This document shows, piece by piece, positions 20,171 to 30,127 of a stretch of DNA of 64,000 nt. The notes below the pieces were generated by a model. That model saw only the letters and a program-made list of their open reading frames with translations, ran no database searches and was not told the DNA's origin. The stretch spans positions 889 through 64,888 of the forward strand of contig QOQU01000008.1 of NCBI GenBank assembly GCA_003327455.1. Reading direction: 5' to 3'. The stretch is from Anaerolineae bacterium. GTDB taxonomy: Bacteria; Chloroflexota; Anaerolineae; Anaerolineales; UBA4823. Numbering within the stretch: the first letter of the stretch is position 1; every line of letters starts with the position of its first letter. Position numbers and translations under genes: made by a program.

Positions 20171-21772
20171 CTAGTCTCGGCGGGCGTAATTGGGAATCAA
20201 GATCGGCGAGCGAACGGCGCCATTGACGCCAATCTCATCCAAAGCCCGATTCCAGCTTTCCAGGTGCGCCAGGGTCGGTTTTCCTGGCTGGCGTTCTTTT
20301 GCCAGTTGGGCAGCCGTCATGCCGGCGCGGCGACCAAACACACAGACATCCAGTAAACTGTTACCCATCAGACGATTCCGGCCGTGCACGCCGCCGCTGG
20401 TTTCCCCGGCGACCAGTAAGCCGGGTACAGTCGTCTGGCAATTGGCATCAATCTTAACACCGCCGTTCTGATAGTGCAAGGTGGGGTAAACCAGGATTGG
20501 CTGGTTCACCATATCAATGTTAAAACGCTTGAATTGACGCACCATGGCCGGCAGAGCTTTTTCGATTGTACCCGCACCGTGGATCAGATCAATCATCGGC
20601 GTATCCAGCCAGACTGCCGGTTGTCCACTTGGTGTGACCACACCCAGATTCCGTTCTTTGCACTCGCGAATGAAGGCAGCCGCCTCGACGTCGCGTGGTT
20701 CCAGGGGATAGACAAACTGTTCGCCTTTGACATTAACTGGTTGGGCGCCCAGACCGCGCACCTTTTCGGTGACCAATTGACCTAAAATCTGCTCAGGAAA
20801 GGCTGCCCCGGTCGGATGGTATTGCATGGTATCCAGAAAGGCCAGTTCGGCACCAACCCGGTAAGCTAAGACCAGCCCATCACCGGTGGCGCCATAATGG
20901 TTCGTAGTCGGAAAGCCCTGATAATGCAAGCGACCACTACCACCGGTTGCCAGGACAACCACTTTAGCCCTGGCATAGAAATAGCGCTCGGTCTCAAAAT
21001 TCATCAAAATCGCCCCACAAACCGCTCCGCGATCATCCAGCACCAGTTCCACCGCCGGGCAAAATTCAATTACATCTATATTGGGACGGTTGCGCACTTC
21101 ATCGCGCAAAACACGCATGATCTCTGCTCCGGTATAGTCCCTTGCTGAGTGCATGCGTTTGATGCTGGTGCCTCCACCGTGTTCTTCCATCATCATCCCG
21201 TCCGGGGTTTTATCGAACATGACACCCAGGCTTTCCAGCCAGGCAATCACAATTGGGGCATCTTTTACCAGTGCTTCCACCAGATCGGGGAAGTTGGTGA
21301 AGTGCCCTCCACCAATCACATCAAGGTAGTGCGTAGCCGGTGAGTCTTCCGGTCGATCGGCAGCCTGAATGCCACCCTGTGCCATCATGGTATTTGCGTC
21401 CCCAAAGCGCAACTTGGTAACCAGGGTAACCTTTGCACCATTCTCTTGCGCCATGAGGGCTGCGCTCGCTCCAGCCCCGCCGCCGCCGACGATTAACACA
21501 TCCGTCTCAAAATCAGGATCGCTTAAGTCGAAATGAGCATCAATGTGCGGCCGCCCTTCAATGACATCCGCCAGTTCAATTGGCATGCGATTGCCTTTAT
21601 AACTACCGATGCGAACCTCGCGCATGCCTGACTCAATGTAATCCGGATGAAATTTCCGGAGCAATTCCTGGCGCTCTTCAAGAGGCATTGCCGGAAAGGT
21701 TTGTCCCAGGCGTTGAGGGCGCGTGGCTTCGACAACCTTAATTTGTTCGAGTAGTTCCGCTGTATAGGTCAT
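20171..21772 (-). CDS. Soluble fumarate reductase/succinate dehydrogenase-family flavoprotein (TfrA/SdhA-like)
   Basis: DVLIVGGGGAG FAD motif, AQGG, QYHPT, TEKVRG, EPRD, LHYQNGG and HGRNRLMGNSL. Confidence 0.9.
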   Translation of the reverse strand: MTYTAELLEQIKVVEATRPQRLGQTFPAMPLEERQELLRKFHPDYIESGMREVRIGSYKGNRMPIELADVIEGRPHIDAHFDLSDPDFETDVLIVGGGGAGASAALMAQENGAKVTLVTKLRFGDANTMMAQGGIQAADRPEDSPATHYLDVIGGGHFTNFPDLVEALVKDAPIVIAWLESLGVMFDKTPDGMMMEEHGGGTSIKRMHSARDYTGAEIMRVLRDEVRNRPNIDVIEFCPAVELVLDDRGAVCGAILMNFETERYFYARAKVVVLATGGSGRLHYQGFPTTNHYGATGDGLVLAYRVGAELAFLDTMQYHPTGAAFPEQILGQLVTEKVRGLGAQPVNVKGEQFVYPLEPRDVEAAAFIRECKERNLGVVTPSGQPAVWLDTPMIDLIHGAGTIEKALPAMVRQFKRFNIDMVNQPILVYPTLHYQNGGVKIDANCQTTVPGLLVAGETSGGVHGRNRLMGNSLLDVCVFGRRAGMTAAQLAKERQPGKPTLAHLESWNRALDEIGVNGAVRSPILIPNYARRD

Positions 21773-21781
21773 GCCAACCTC

Positions 21782-22471
21782 CTAGGCCTCGATCGGGCGA
21801 GCTTTGTAGCGTTCTTTGAGAGCGTTCACATCCATGGATTTCAATTCAGCCAGAGTCTGGTCAAACGCTCCTTGTTGAATCTCCTGAACGCGCTGGTGGA
21901 GATGTTCCGAGCGCGGTGAGAGATAGCGACCATAGAGACGCCGCGCTAAGATGGCAATGTTGTATTGGGGTTCTTCTGCCGGACAGCGAGCCGCGCACAG
22001 GCCACACATAATGCAATCAAACGACATATTGGCAACCGCAGCAATATCGCCGCGCATCGCTGCTGCCATGTATCCTTTTACATTCAATTCTTGCGGACAG
22101 GCTTTGGTGCAGGTACCGCACCCCAGGCAGCGTAAAATCTCCGGATAGATCTGGAAAAGCGTGGAAGCTTGCGCCTGTAGCTGGGCAATGTCGTAAGTGG
22201 CTCGCTTTGCCGGAAAGAAGGGGATTTGCCCCAAATACATCTCTGGCTTGACGACCGTCTGGCAAGCCAATCCAAAGTATAGTTTTGGATCGTCCTTGAT
22301 GCGATAAACGGTCGAGCATGCCCCACAAAAACCGCCGCGACAACCTACGCCGCGGATCAGGGTGTAGCCGGCATATTCCATTGCCTTCATAATCGTCAAA
22401 CTGGAGGGCACATCGTAGCGTTTACCCATGATATAAATCGGGATCAAATCATTTCGTTCAGCCATACGCAC
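21782..22471 (-). CDS. Fe-S subunit (SdhB/TfrB-like; 2Fe-2S plus 4Fe-4S clusters)
   Basis: GCRGGFCGAC...C (2Fe-2S), CLGCGTCTKACP and CIMCGLCAARCP. Confidence 0.88.
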   Translation of the reverse strand: MRMAERNDLIPIYIMGKRYDVPSSLTIMKAMEYAGYTLIRGVGCRGGFCGACSTVYRIKDDPKLYFGLACQTVVKPEMYLGQIPFFPAKRATYDIAQLQAQASTLFQIYPEILRCLGCGTCTKACPQELNVKGYMAAAMRGDIAAVANMSFDCIMCGLCAARCPAEEPQYNIAILARRLYGRYLSPRSEHLHQRVQEIQQGAFDQTLAELKSMDVNALKERYKARPIEA

Positions 22472-22505
22472 TCCTTGAGTATCGATTTACAGATCAAAGA
22501 TCAAG

Positions 22506-23612
22506 TTACTCTCCAACTTCCGTCCATTCATCCGCTTTGAAGGTAACAAGTGGTAAAGGTTCTTCTACATTGCGTCCGGGTAGATATTCGAAGGTCTGCT
22601 GCAAACGTTCGGCAACTGCGCGGAAGACTAACCCAACCGGCAATTCAGACGGACAGGCGTCGGTACACATTCCACAGCCAACACACGAAAGCGCCATGTG
22701 GTTTTGTCGGGTGAGGTGGAACAGCATTGTATCGGGAGGCATGCGTTGAGCGCCTTTCTGACGCGCCCATTCCAGGTATTTCATTGGATCGTGGTCGAAA
22801 ACATGGCTCTTAAAGACACATGTCTTACAATAACAAATCGGACAGACGGTCATACAGTTATGACAGCGGATGCAGGCTGCAAACACGCCGGTAATTCCCT
22901 CGTCTCCCTCTAACCTCGCCCGGATCTCGGTAAAGGCTTGATCGCGAGCCTGTTTTCGAGACGCAATGTACGCTTCGATCGCTGGTGAATGCCCATTTGC
23001 CGCCGAGCCTTGCCAGCCCAGCCTTTCTCCGAGTTCGTCTTGAATTTCGATCCAGATAGCTTGTTCTAAATCGCTCTCCAACAGGAGAATGCGAATGGGT
23101 GCGTTTTCGTAAACAGGTTGTTCGCAAATTTGACATGCCGGACGCAGGTCTGCGTTGGTAAATTCAGATTGCTGGCGGATTGAAGCATAGAGGTCAACCC
23201 ACAGAGGCGCATTGCTGTTGGCTTGCTTGTTTAAATAGGTGGCAGGGGTGTAGGTTCCGGCGCAATCTATTGCCACAACCAACAGGTCTTCCAGGCTGGC
23301 TTGTGCCATTTTGGTCAACTCAACCAGCGCCCGCGCTTCACAGGAACGCAAGACAGCCGCCAGGCGTGGGTGCGGCTTCCGTAAACTGACTTTGCCTGCC
23401 CAGGTAGCCGCATTGACCGGAAGTACTGGCGCAAGGGGATCTGCGTGCTCGAGCAGGGCAGGATCGCTGACCAATGCGGGAGTTACCGCCCCGCCTGGGG
23501 TGCGCATGGGGGTCAGGATAACATCCACAATTTGGTTGTCCAGAAGGCTCTTCAAAAAGCCCTGCAACGCTACCAGGGGCTGATGATTTTCAACGGGTAA
23601 AGAGATCTTCAT
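22506..23612 (-). CDS. FdhB/FrhB-like 4Fe-4S protein (Flx-type partner of Hdr)
   Basis: LRSCEARAL, DCAGT, CQIC, CIRCHNCMTVCPICYCKTC and FHLTRQNHMALSCVGCGMCTDACP. Confidence 0.75.
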   Translation of the reverse strand: MKISLPVENHQPLVALQGFLKSLLDNQIVDVILTPMRTPGGAVTPALVSDPALLEHADPLAPVLPVNAATWAGKVSLRKPHPRLAAVLRSCEARALVELTKMAQASLEDLLVVAIDCAGTYTPATYLNKQANSNAPLWVDLYASIRQQSEFTNADLRPACQICEQPVYENAPIRILLLESDLEQAIWIEIQDELGERLGWQGSAANGHSPAIEAYIASRKQARDQAFTEIRARLEGDEGITGVFAACIRCHNCMTVCPICYCKTCVFKSHVFDHDPMKYLEWARQKGAQRMPPDTMLFHLTRQNHMALSCVGCGMCTDACPSELPVGLVFRAVAERLQQTFEYLPGRNVEEPLPLVTFKADEWTEVGE

Positions 23613-23660
23613 AGTTTCTGCTCTATCTCCATTCGTCTAGATGACCAACCAGCTTGGGTA

Positions 23661-24092
23661 TTAAACAGCCCACATCGCTTTCATTGGGTTTGGACCTTTT
23701 GCGCGCATGGCTTCGGTCATCTCGCGCACCGTTTCAGCAAAACGAGCTCCCTCGCTGGCGCTGATCCAACGCAACCAGACCCGATCTTCATCAAAGCCAG
23801 CACTCTTCAAGATTTCTTTGAGCGCAATCACCCTCCGTCGGGCTTTGTAGTTGCCTTCCTGATAATGGCAATCACCGGGGTGACAACCACCAATCAGGAT
23901 GCCATCTGCGCCAGCTAAATCGGCTTTCAATACATACATGGGATCTACGGCGCCGCTGCACATCAGGCGAATAATGCGCACATTGGGCGGATACTGCAAG
24001 CGACTGGTGCCGGCTAAATCGGCGCCGGTGTAGGTACACCAGTTGCACAGGAATGCAATGATTTTGGGTTCGAATTCGGTCGTTTCTGTCAT
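23661..24092 (-). CDS. mvhD: MvhD/FlxD-type 2Fe-2S protein (hydrogenase delta subunit family)
   Basis: IIAFLCNWCTYTGADLAG, RLMCSG, GGCHPGDCHY and WISASEG motifs. Confidence 0.93.
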   Translation of the reverse strand: MTETTEFEPKIIAFLCNWCTYTGADLAGTSRLQYPPNVRIIRLMCSGAVDPMYVLKADLAGADGILIGGCHPGDCHYQEGNYKARRRVIALKEILKSAGFDEDRVWLRWISASEGARFAETVREMTEAMRAKGPNPMKAMWAV

Positions 24093-24131
24093 CCCTTAAC
24101 TCCTTGCCTTCACGTTAACTTGCGCGCAAAA

Positions 24132-27100
24132 TCAACTTAAAGCTGCATCAATCATCTCAGCAATTTGCAAGTACTCAAAGCCCAACTGCTGGCTGGCTTT
24201 ATTGGGGCAGGCAGCCACACAAGCGCCGCAGCCCTGACACAACACGGCAACCACCTCAGCATACGCTGCACCTGGTTCAAGACGGCGGGCACCATACGGA
24301 CAAACCTCAACACACAATCCACAAGCCGAGCACAGGCGAGGGTTGACCGAAGCAATGATTGGCGTTGCCGTCAGTTGCTTCTTCGCCAGCAGAGAAACCG
24401 CCCGCACTGCTGCGGCTTGCGCTTGAGCAATAGTCTCTTCCATGGCACGGGGCGAATGAGCCAAGCCAGCCAGATAGACTCCATCGGCAGCGAAATCCAC
24501 CGGGCGCAGTTTGACGTGTGCTTCAAGGAAAAATCCTTCAGCCGTCAGAGGCAGTTTCAGTAAGCGGCTCAAGGCTTCATTGCCAGGCTCCGCTTCGATG
24601 CCCACACTCAAAACAACCTGCTCGACACATAGATGGATTTCCTCACCATCTGGTTGGGAAAGCACATGCACCCAGACCCTGCCATCTGAGCTTTCTTCAA
24701 CCTGCGGTGGTTGCTCCGCATCGTACTGCAAGAAAACCACCCCTTGTCGCCGTGCTTCGGTGTAATAGGCCTCGCGGAAACCATAACTGCGCAGGTCACG
24801 GTAGAGGATATAAACTCTGCTGTGCGGCGAGCGGCGCTTGATCTCCAGGGCATTCTTGATTGCTTGTGTGCAACAGATGCGGGAACAATATGGATGATTC
24901 TCATCCCGCGAATCGACACACTGGATCATCACCACCGATTCGGGAGTCGATTGCGCTTCTTTCAAGCGGCTTTCGAGTTCACGCTGCGTAATCACAGCGC
25001 CAATTTCTCCGTAACCATACAGGCGAGTGGGAATTTCGCGCCCACCCGTGGCAACGACAATAACGCCGTGCAATAGTTCTTCGCAAGATCCGTCGGCATG
25101 ACGAATAAGCGACGCGTATTGACCAACGTAGCCGCGTGTTTCGACGACTTCACACTCGGTAAACACCGTAATGCGCGGCTCGTCTCGTATGGCTGCGATC
25201 AGGTTACCCAGCAGTTGCTGAGGATCTGTGCCATCTAAACCGACATAGATATGGCGCAAATTACCACCCAATTCGGCCTGCCGTTCAACCAGATAAACCG
25301 GGAAGCCCTGGCGAGCGATGGATAGAGCTGCAGTCATGCCTGCCAGACCGCCGCCGATAACCATTGCCTGATGCGCCACCTCAAAGCTACCGCGTTGGAT
25401 GGGACGCAGGCGCCGCGCCTTGGCGACTGCCATGGCGACCAACTCCTTGGCTTTCTCGGTAGCAATATCTGGCGTAGCCCGATGCACCCAGGCATCTTGC
25501 TCACGAATGTTGGCAAGCTCAAACAGGTGGGGATTCAAACCTGCTTGCCGGATGGTGTCCTGGAAGAGAGGTTCGTGGGTGCGAGGTGTACAACTGGCAA
25601 CCACCACGCGGTTCAGACCGTGTTCTTGAATTTTAGAAACGATCTTATGTTGGGTATCCTGGGAACAGGTGTAGAGGTTGCGCTCGGCATAGACTACACC
25701 CGGTAAGTTGCGGGCATATTCAACCACCTCAGGAACGTTGACTACTCCCCCGATATTAATCCCGCAGTGGCAGACAAACACGCCGACCCGCGGCTCTTCA
25801 CCACTGATATCGCGTTCTGGTGGGTAGACAGCCTGTCGGGTAAGCGTTCCGCGTCCGCCGGCTAATAACGCCGAAGCCTGGGCAGCAGCACAACTGGCTT
25901 CAATGACCGTTTCGGGAATGTCTTTGGGTTCGCCAAACGCGCCAGCAACAAAAATGCCCTCCCGATTGGTCTGGGTAGGGAGATAATGAGGCGATTCGGC
26001 AAATCCAAACTCATTTAAGTCAATCCCCAAGCGTCGCGCTGTTTCAATCGCTTCCGGTGTAGGTTTCAGTCCTACCGAAAGGACAACCAGATCGAATTCT
26101 TCTTCATGCGGGATAGGTTTTCCTTCGGCGTTGAAGGTCACATAGCTAACGCGCAGGTTGCGGCTACCGGGCACTTCACGCACGCTGGCAACCATACTGC
26201 GAACATAACGCACACCCTGTTCTCTTTCGGCGCGGGCAATATAGGCGTCAAATCCTTTACCAAAGGCGCGGATATCCATATAAAAGATGGTCGGTTGAAT
26301 GCGGCTATCGTGCTCGCGAGCGATAACCGCCTCTTTCGTTGCATACATACAGCAAACCGAGGAGCAATACCCTTGCCCGCAGGCGTTATCGCGCGAGCCA
26401 ACGCATTGAATCCAGGCGATCTTTTCGGGATGGCGCCCATCCGAAGGACGTTGCACCACACCAGCAAAGGGACCAGAGGCGCTTAACATACGTTCAAACT
26501 CAATGCTGGTAACCACATTGGGATAGCGCCCATAACCATATTCAGGCCGAATCTGATCGCTCAAAGGTTGAACGCCGGGCGCCAATAACACTGCCCCAAC
26601 TTCGATTTCCTCAATCCTTTCGACCTGGTTATGATCGATGGCTTTGGCACGACAGGTGTACACACATTGCAGGCACTCCGAGCATATACCACAACTCAAA
26701 CACCGGGCAGCTTCCTCACGAGCTTCTTCTTCGGTCAAGCCGGCATAAACCTCATGAAAGTCCAGCTTGCGCTCGGCGGCTGGACGGGCCTTCATTTCTA
26801 CTCTCGCCCGGCGAGCTGCCTGGGATTCCAATAAACGGGCAGCCACTTCGGTCGGCGTCAATTCCACTTTTGGCGGGCGGACCTTTGGAACAACCAGTGA
26901 CTCACCACGCAGGTAACGGTCGATGGACTGGGCAGCGCGGTGTCCAGCGGCAATGGCATTGACGATAAAGGAAGTTCCAGTCACCACATCACCACCGCCA
27001 AAGATGCCAGGCACATTGGTTGCCAATGTTTCCTCATCTACTTTCAGGAAGCGCCCGCGCACAGTTTCAACTTCACCATTTAAGCAGTCTAATTCCGGAC

Positions 27101-28634
27101 GTTGACCGATGGCAAAGATAACAATGTCGGCCGGGATGACTTCCTCAGTATTCGGGATTTCATCAAAATCCGGTCGACCGTCAATAAAGCCCCTGAAATT
27201 TACCTGCACGCAGCGCACACCGGTGACTTTTCCATCTTCCTGGGTAATTTCCTTGAAAGTGCGAGAGGGGTAAACCGCAATCCCTTCGTCTTCTGCATCG
27301 CGCACTTCCCAATCATGGGCAGGCATGGTCGCGCGGCTTTCCAGACAAGACATTCCAACCCAGCCTGCTCCCAAACGGACTGCACTCATTGCTGCATCAA
27401 TGGCAACATTGCCACCCCCCAACACCAAAACGCGTTTCCCTCTGAGGTCTTGAGCGAGTTTAACTTTGTCCTCCAGGCTGACCTGGCGCAAAAAGTCGGT
27501 TGCGACGGTTACCTGGGGTAAATCAGCGCCTGGAATCGGCAATTTGATGCCGCCATGGGCACCAACGGCAACAAACACAGCATCATAGCCCTGTTTCAAC
27601 AGGGCTGGAATATTTTCAACCCGGCTGTTCAGACGCAGTTCAACCCCTTCAGCAAGAATTTGCTCGATTTCGCGTTGAACCAGTTGGTAAGGCAGACGAT
27701 ATTCCGGTACACCAACTCGCATCATGCCCCCTGCAACGGGCAGGGCTTCAAAGACCGTTACACCATAACCCATTCGCACCAGGTCGAGCGCAGCCGTTAA
27801 CCCTGCCGGTCCGGAACCGACCACGGCAACTTTCTTGTCCTTTGGCTCGACTTCGTTCGTCCACCGAACTTGCTCCTGGCTCAGTTCGCCGCTATCCATT
27901 TTTGACCACACCCAGTCGGCTACAAAGCGTTTCAGCGCCATAATGTTGACCGGCTGGTCGCTTTGATTACGCGAGCAGGCTTCCTCGCAGCGGTGGTTAC
28001 ATACTCGACCACACACGGATGGGAAGGGATTTTCTTCCTTGATCGTTCGGTAGGCATCCAGGTAGCGACCTTCGCGCACCAACGCCACATACCCCTGGGC
28101 GCGTTGATTGATCGGACAGGCATCCCGACAGGGCGCCATACCAGCTTTCTCAATTGCATAGGCGTTGGGAATGGCTTGCGGATAAGGTTTATAGATCGCC
28201 TTGCGTTGAGAAAGACCGCCGTTGAACTCGTCTGAGCGAGGCACCGGGCATGCCGTAGCACAATCTCCGCAACCGGTGCAGGCATCCAGCTTAACATAGC
28301 GCGGCCGACGGCGCACCTTAACCCGAAAGTTACCCGGCTCACCCTCGATACTCTCGACTTCCGAGGTGGTTAAGATGTCAATGTTCAGATGGCGACCGAC
28401 TTCCACCAGCTTTGGCGACATAATGCACATGGCACAGTCATTGGTTGGAAAGGTTTTATCCAGTTGCGCCATAATGCCACCAATGGCTGGCGACTTCTCT
28501 ACCAGATATACTTTAAAGCCGGCTTCCGCCAGATCAAGCGATGCCTGCATTCCGCCAATGCCGGCGCCGACAACCAGAACAGCACCTACCGGTTGTTTCG
28601 TGGTGTTAGGATTCATCGATTCTTCGCCACTCAT
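24132..28634 (-). CDS. hdrA: Large HdrA-type fusion (HdrL-like): HdrA with inserted GltD/NfnB-like NAD(P)H module, fused to a second HdrA
   Basis: N-terminal VLVVGAG...LDKTFPTNDC; inserted CRDACP..CGRVCNHRCEEAC, GSGPAG and GGGNVA; then CSSVCCMY; second HdrA VFVCHCG..SCTPRTHE..GGGLAG..CSRICC; C-terminal 2x4Fe-4S. The start is uncertain (28655, 28634 or 28616). Confidence 0.88.
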   Translation of the reverse strand: MSGEESMNPNTTKQPVGAVLVVGAGIGGMQASLDLAEAGFKVYLVEKSPAIGGIMAQLDKTFPTNDCAMCIMSPKLVEVGRHLNIDILTTSEVESIEGEPGNFRVKVRRRPRYVKLDACTGCGDCATACPVPRSDEFNGGLSQRKAIYKPYPQAIPNAYAIEKAGMAPCRDACPINQRAQGYVALVREGRYLDAYRTIKEENPFPSVCGRVCNHRCEEACSRNQSDQPVNIMALKRFVADWVWSKMDSGELSQEQVRWTNEVEPKDKKVAVVGSGPAGLTAALDLVRMGYGVTVFEALPVAGGMMRVGVPEYRLPYQLVQREIEQILAEGVELRLNSRVENIPALLKQGYDAVFVAVGAHGGIKLPIPGADLPQVTVATDFLRQVSLEDKVKLAQDLRGKRVLVLGGGNVAIDAAMSAVRLGAGWVGMSCLESRATMPAHDWEVRDAEDEGIAVYPSRTFKEITQEDGKVTGVRCVQVNFRGFIDGRPDFDEIPNTEEVIPADIVIFAIGQRPELDCLNGEVETVRGRFLKVDEETLATNVPGIFGGGDVVTGTSFIVNAIAAGHRAAQSIDRYLRGESLVVPKVRPPKVELTPTEVAARLLESQAARRARVEMKARPAAERKLDFHEVYAGLTEEEAREEAARCLSCGICSECLQCVYTCRAKAIDHNQVERIEEIEVGAVLLAPGVQPLSDQIRPEYGYGRYPNVVTSIEFERMLSASGPFAGVVQRPSDGRHPEKIAWIQCVGSRDNACGQGYCSSVCCMYATKEAVIAREHDSRIQPTIFYMDIRAFGKGFDAYIARAEREQGVRYVRSMVASVREVPGSRNLRVSYVTFNAEGKPIPHEEEFDLVVLSVGLKPTPEAIETARRLGIDLNEFGFAESPHYLPTQTNREGIFVAGAFGEPKDIPETVIEASCAAAQASALLAGGRGTLTRQAVYPPERDISGEEPRVGVFVCHCGINIGGVVNVPEVVEYARNLPGVVYAERNLYTCSQDTQHKIVSKIQEHGLNRVVVASCTPRTHEPLFQDTIRQAGLNPHLFELANIREQDAWVHRATPDIATEKAKELVAMAVAKARRLRPIQRGSFEVAHQAMVIGGGLAGMTAALSIARQGFPVYLVERQAELGGNLRHIYVGLDGTDPQQLLGNLIAAIRDEPRITVFTECEVVETRGYVGQYASLIRHADGSCEELLHGVIVVATGGREIPTRLYGYGEIGAVITQRELESRLKEAQSTPESVVMIQCVDSRDENHPYCSRICCTQAIKNALEIKRRSPHSRVYILYRDLRSYGFREAYYTEARRQGVVFLQYDAEQPPQVEESSDGRVWVHVLSQPDGEEIHLCVEQVVLSVGIEAEPGNEALSRLLKLPLTAEGFFLEAHVKLRPVDFAADGVYLAGLAHSPRAMEETIAQAQAAAVRAVSLLAKKQLTATPIIASVNPRLCSACGLCVEVCPYGARRLEPGAAYAEVVAVLCQGCGACVAACPNKASQQLGFEYLQIAEMIDAALS

Positions 28635-28656
28635 GCTCACTTCCCACTCACCCATC

Positions 28657-29526
28657 TCATAGGGCAGCTACTTGCTGCAAGGGTTTAAGCCCGGCAAGCA
28701 GCGGCCGCGGATCGATCAAATGTTTGCTCCACCAATTTTCTGCTTCGGTTAATCCAAAAGCCAGTCCCATCAATTCTGTAAAGTAGAATACCGGAAGCTT
28801 CTGCATTCCACTCTGACGCATCTCGAGGTTGATCTGACATAGGGGACAACTGGTAACAATCGCTGCTGCACCAGCTTCGCAGGCCCGTTCTACTAGACGG
28901 TTTACTAATCGGGCAGCTACGCTGGATTTGGTGAGAGAGAGACCACCTCCGCAACATTCAGTAGCATACGACCATTCAACGGCTTCAGCTCCCAGGGTCT
29001 CCAGCAATTGATTCATCAAGCGCGGATTCTCGGGATTCTCGAATTGGGTTACCTCCGGTGGACGAACCAATAAACAACCGTAATATCCAACCGCTTTTAG
29101 ACCCACTAATGGCCGTTTCACCCGTTTGTGAATGGTATCCAGCCCTACGCCGATTGTAAGTACCTCGAGCAAGGGACGGACGGCGATATTGCCCTGATAT
29201 TGAAAGCCGACAACTTCCTCCAATTCTTTGCGCCGCTCGGGGTCATGGCGCAATTCATAATCGGCGCTCTTATGCCGGTTGAAGCAGGCTGCACACGGCA
29301 TGACAAGGTCGTGCCCTAGCGCTTGGGCTAATGCCAGATTGCGTGCAGGTAATGCCAGGGCAAGCACAGGATTAACGCTGTGGGCAGAAGAGGCGCCGCA
29401 ACAATTCCACTCCTCAAGTTCGTGTAATTCCACCTCCAGGGCTTTGAAGACGGCTCGCACCGAGGCGTCATATTCACAGGCGGTGGATTCGAGACTGCAG
29501 CCTGGATAGTACGTATAGACGCTCAT
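28657..29526 (-). CDS. hdrB: Heterodisulfide reductase subunit B (copy 2)
   Basis: YYPGC, NCCG, CAAC, YYGCLLVRP, ECCGGG and SCPLC (two CCG domains). The start at ATG 29526 overlaps the hdrC stop. Confidence 0.93.
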   Translation of the reverse strand: MSVYTYYPGCSLESTACEYDASVRAVFKALEVELHELEEWNCCGASSAHSVNPVLALALPARNLALAQALGHDLVMPCAACFNRHKSADYELRHDPERRKELEEVVGFQYQGNIAVRPLLEVLTIGVGLDTIHKRVKRPLVGLKAVGYYGCLLVRPPEVTQFENPENPRLMNQLLETLGAEAVEWSYATECCGGGLSLTKSSVAARLVNRLVERACEAGAAAIVTSCPLCQINLEMRQSGMQKLPVFYFTELMGLAFGLTEAENWWSKHLIDPRPLLAGLKPLQQVAAL

Positions 29527-30104
29527 TTTGCCTCCTGTTGGGGAGCGGACTTTACGGAAGCAATCTCTTCTCTGGCAACTGCTTCGGCAGACTTGACAAA
29601 AATACACCTGATCTGATCGCGTCCCTTTATTGTTTTGGGTATGACCGGTACTTTCCCTTTGAGGAATAATTGCAAGCCGCTATCCATATCCGCCAAGAGA
29701 TTCAATGTCCATAACTTGTAGGCAATCAGCAAACTGGCTTCATGGCTGCGGCCCAGGGTCTGCACCACAAATAAGAACAACCTATGGAATTTAGCCGCAT
29801 CGGGTTCAGCCGGCGTTACCCCGCTCCGCAGGGCTTCCATCCGCAACGCATCCATCACCTTGGCGATGTCAATGCCATTAGGACAACGCGTCCCGCAGGT
29901 TTCGCAAGCTGCGCACAGCCAGATATCGTGGCTTCTCAACAATCTTTCCTTCTCCCCCAACTGCACCATGCGCAAGATGCGATCCGGTCCATACTCCATC
30001 TCCTTCACCACCGGGCATCCCGCAGTGCACTTATGGCAGTGGTAGCAGAGGAGAATGGGTTCTCCAGAAAGAGCCTCGACTGTTTGAAGAAAATCCTGGT
30101 TCAT
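29523..30104 (-). CDS. hdrC: Heterodisulfide reductase subunit C (copy 2)
   Basis: CYHCHKCTAGCP and WLCAACETCGTRCP. Confidence 0.92.
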   Translation of the reverse strand: MNQDFLQTVEALSGEPILLCYHCHKCTAGCPVVKEMEYGPDRILRMVQLGEKERLLRSHDIWLCAACETCGTRCPNGIDIAKVMDALRMEALRSGVTPAEPDAAKFHRLFLFVVQTLGRSHEASLLIAYKLWTLNLLADMDSGLQLFLKGKVPVIPKTIKGRDQIRCIFVKSAEAVAREEIASVKSAPQQEAK

Positions 30105-30127
30105 CGTTACCTTCTGATCTTCCCAAC

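Noticed and set aside
19894-20226. ORFs 19894-20226 (+) and 19940-20140 (-), and a 7-codon minus-strand ORF (MSIRRVS) behind an AAAGGAGG
   Set aside because: They have no recognisable protein features and cross a terminator. The apparent SD is one of the three GGAGGA/UCCUCC loop motifs, so an RNA explanation is simpler. A tiny peptide cannot be fully excluded.
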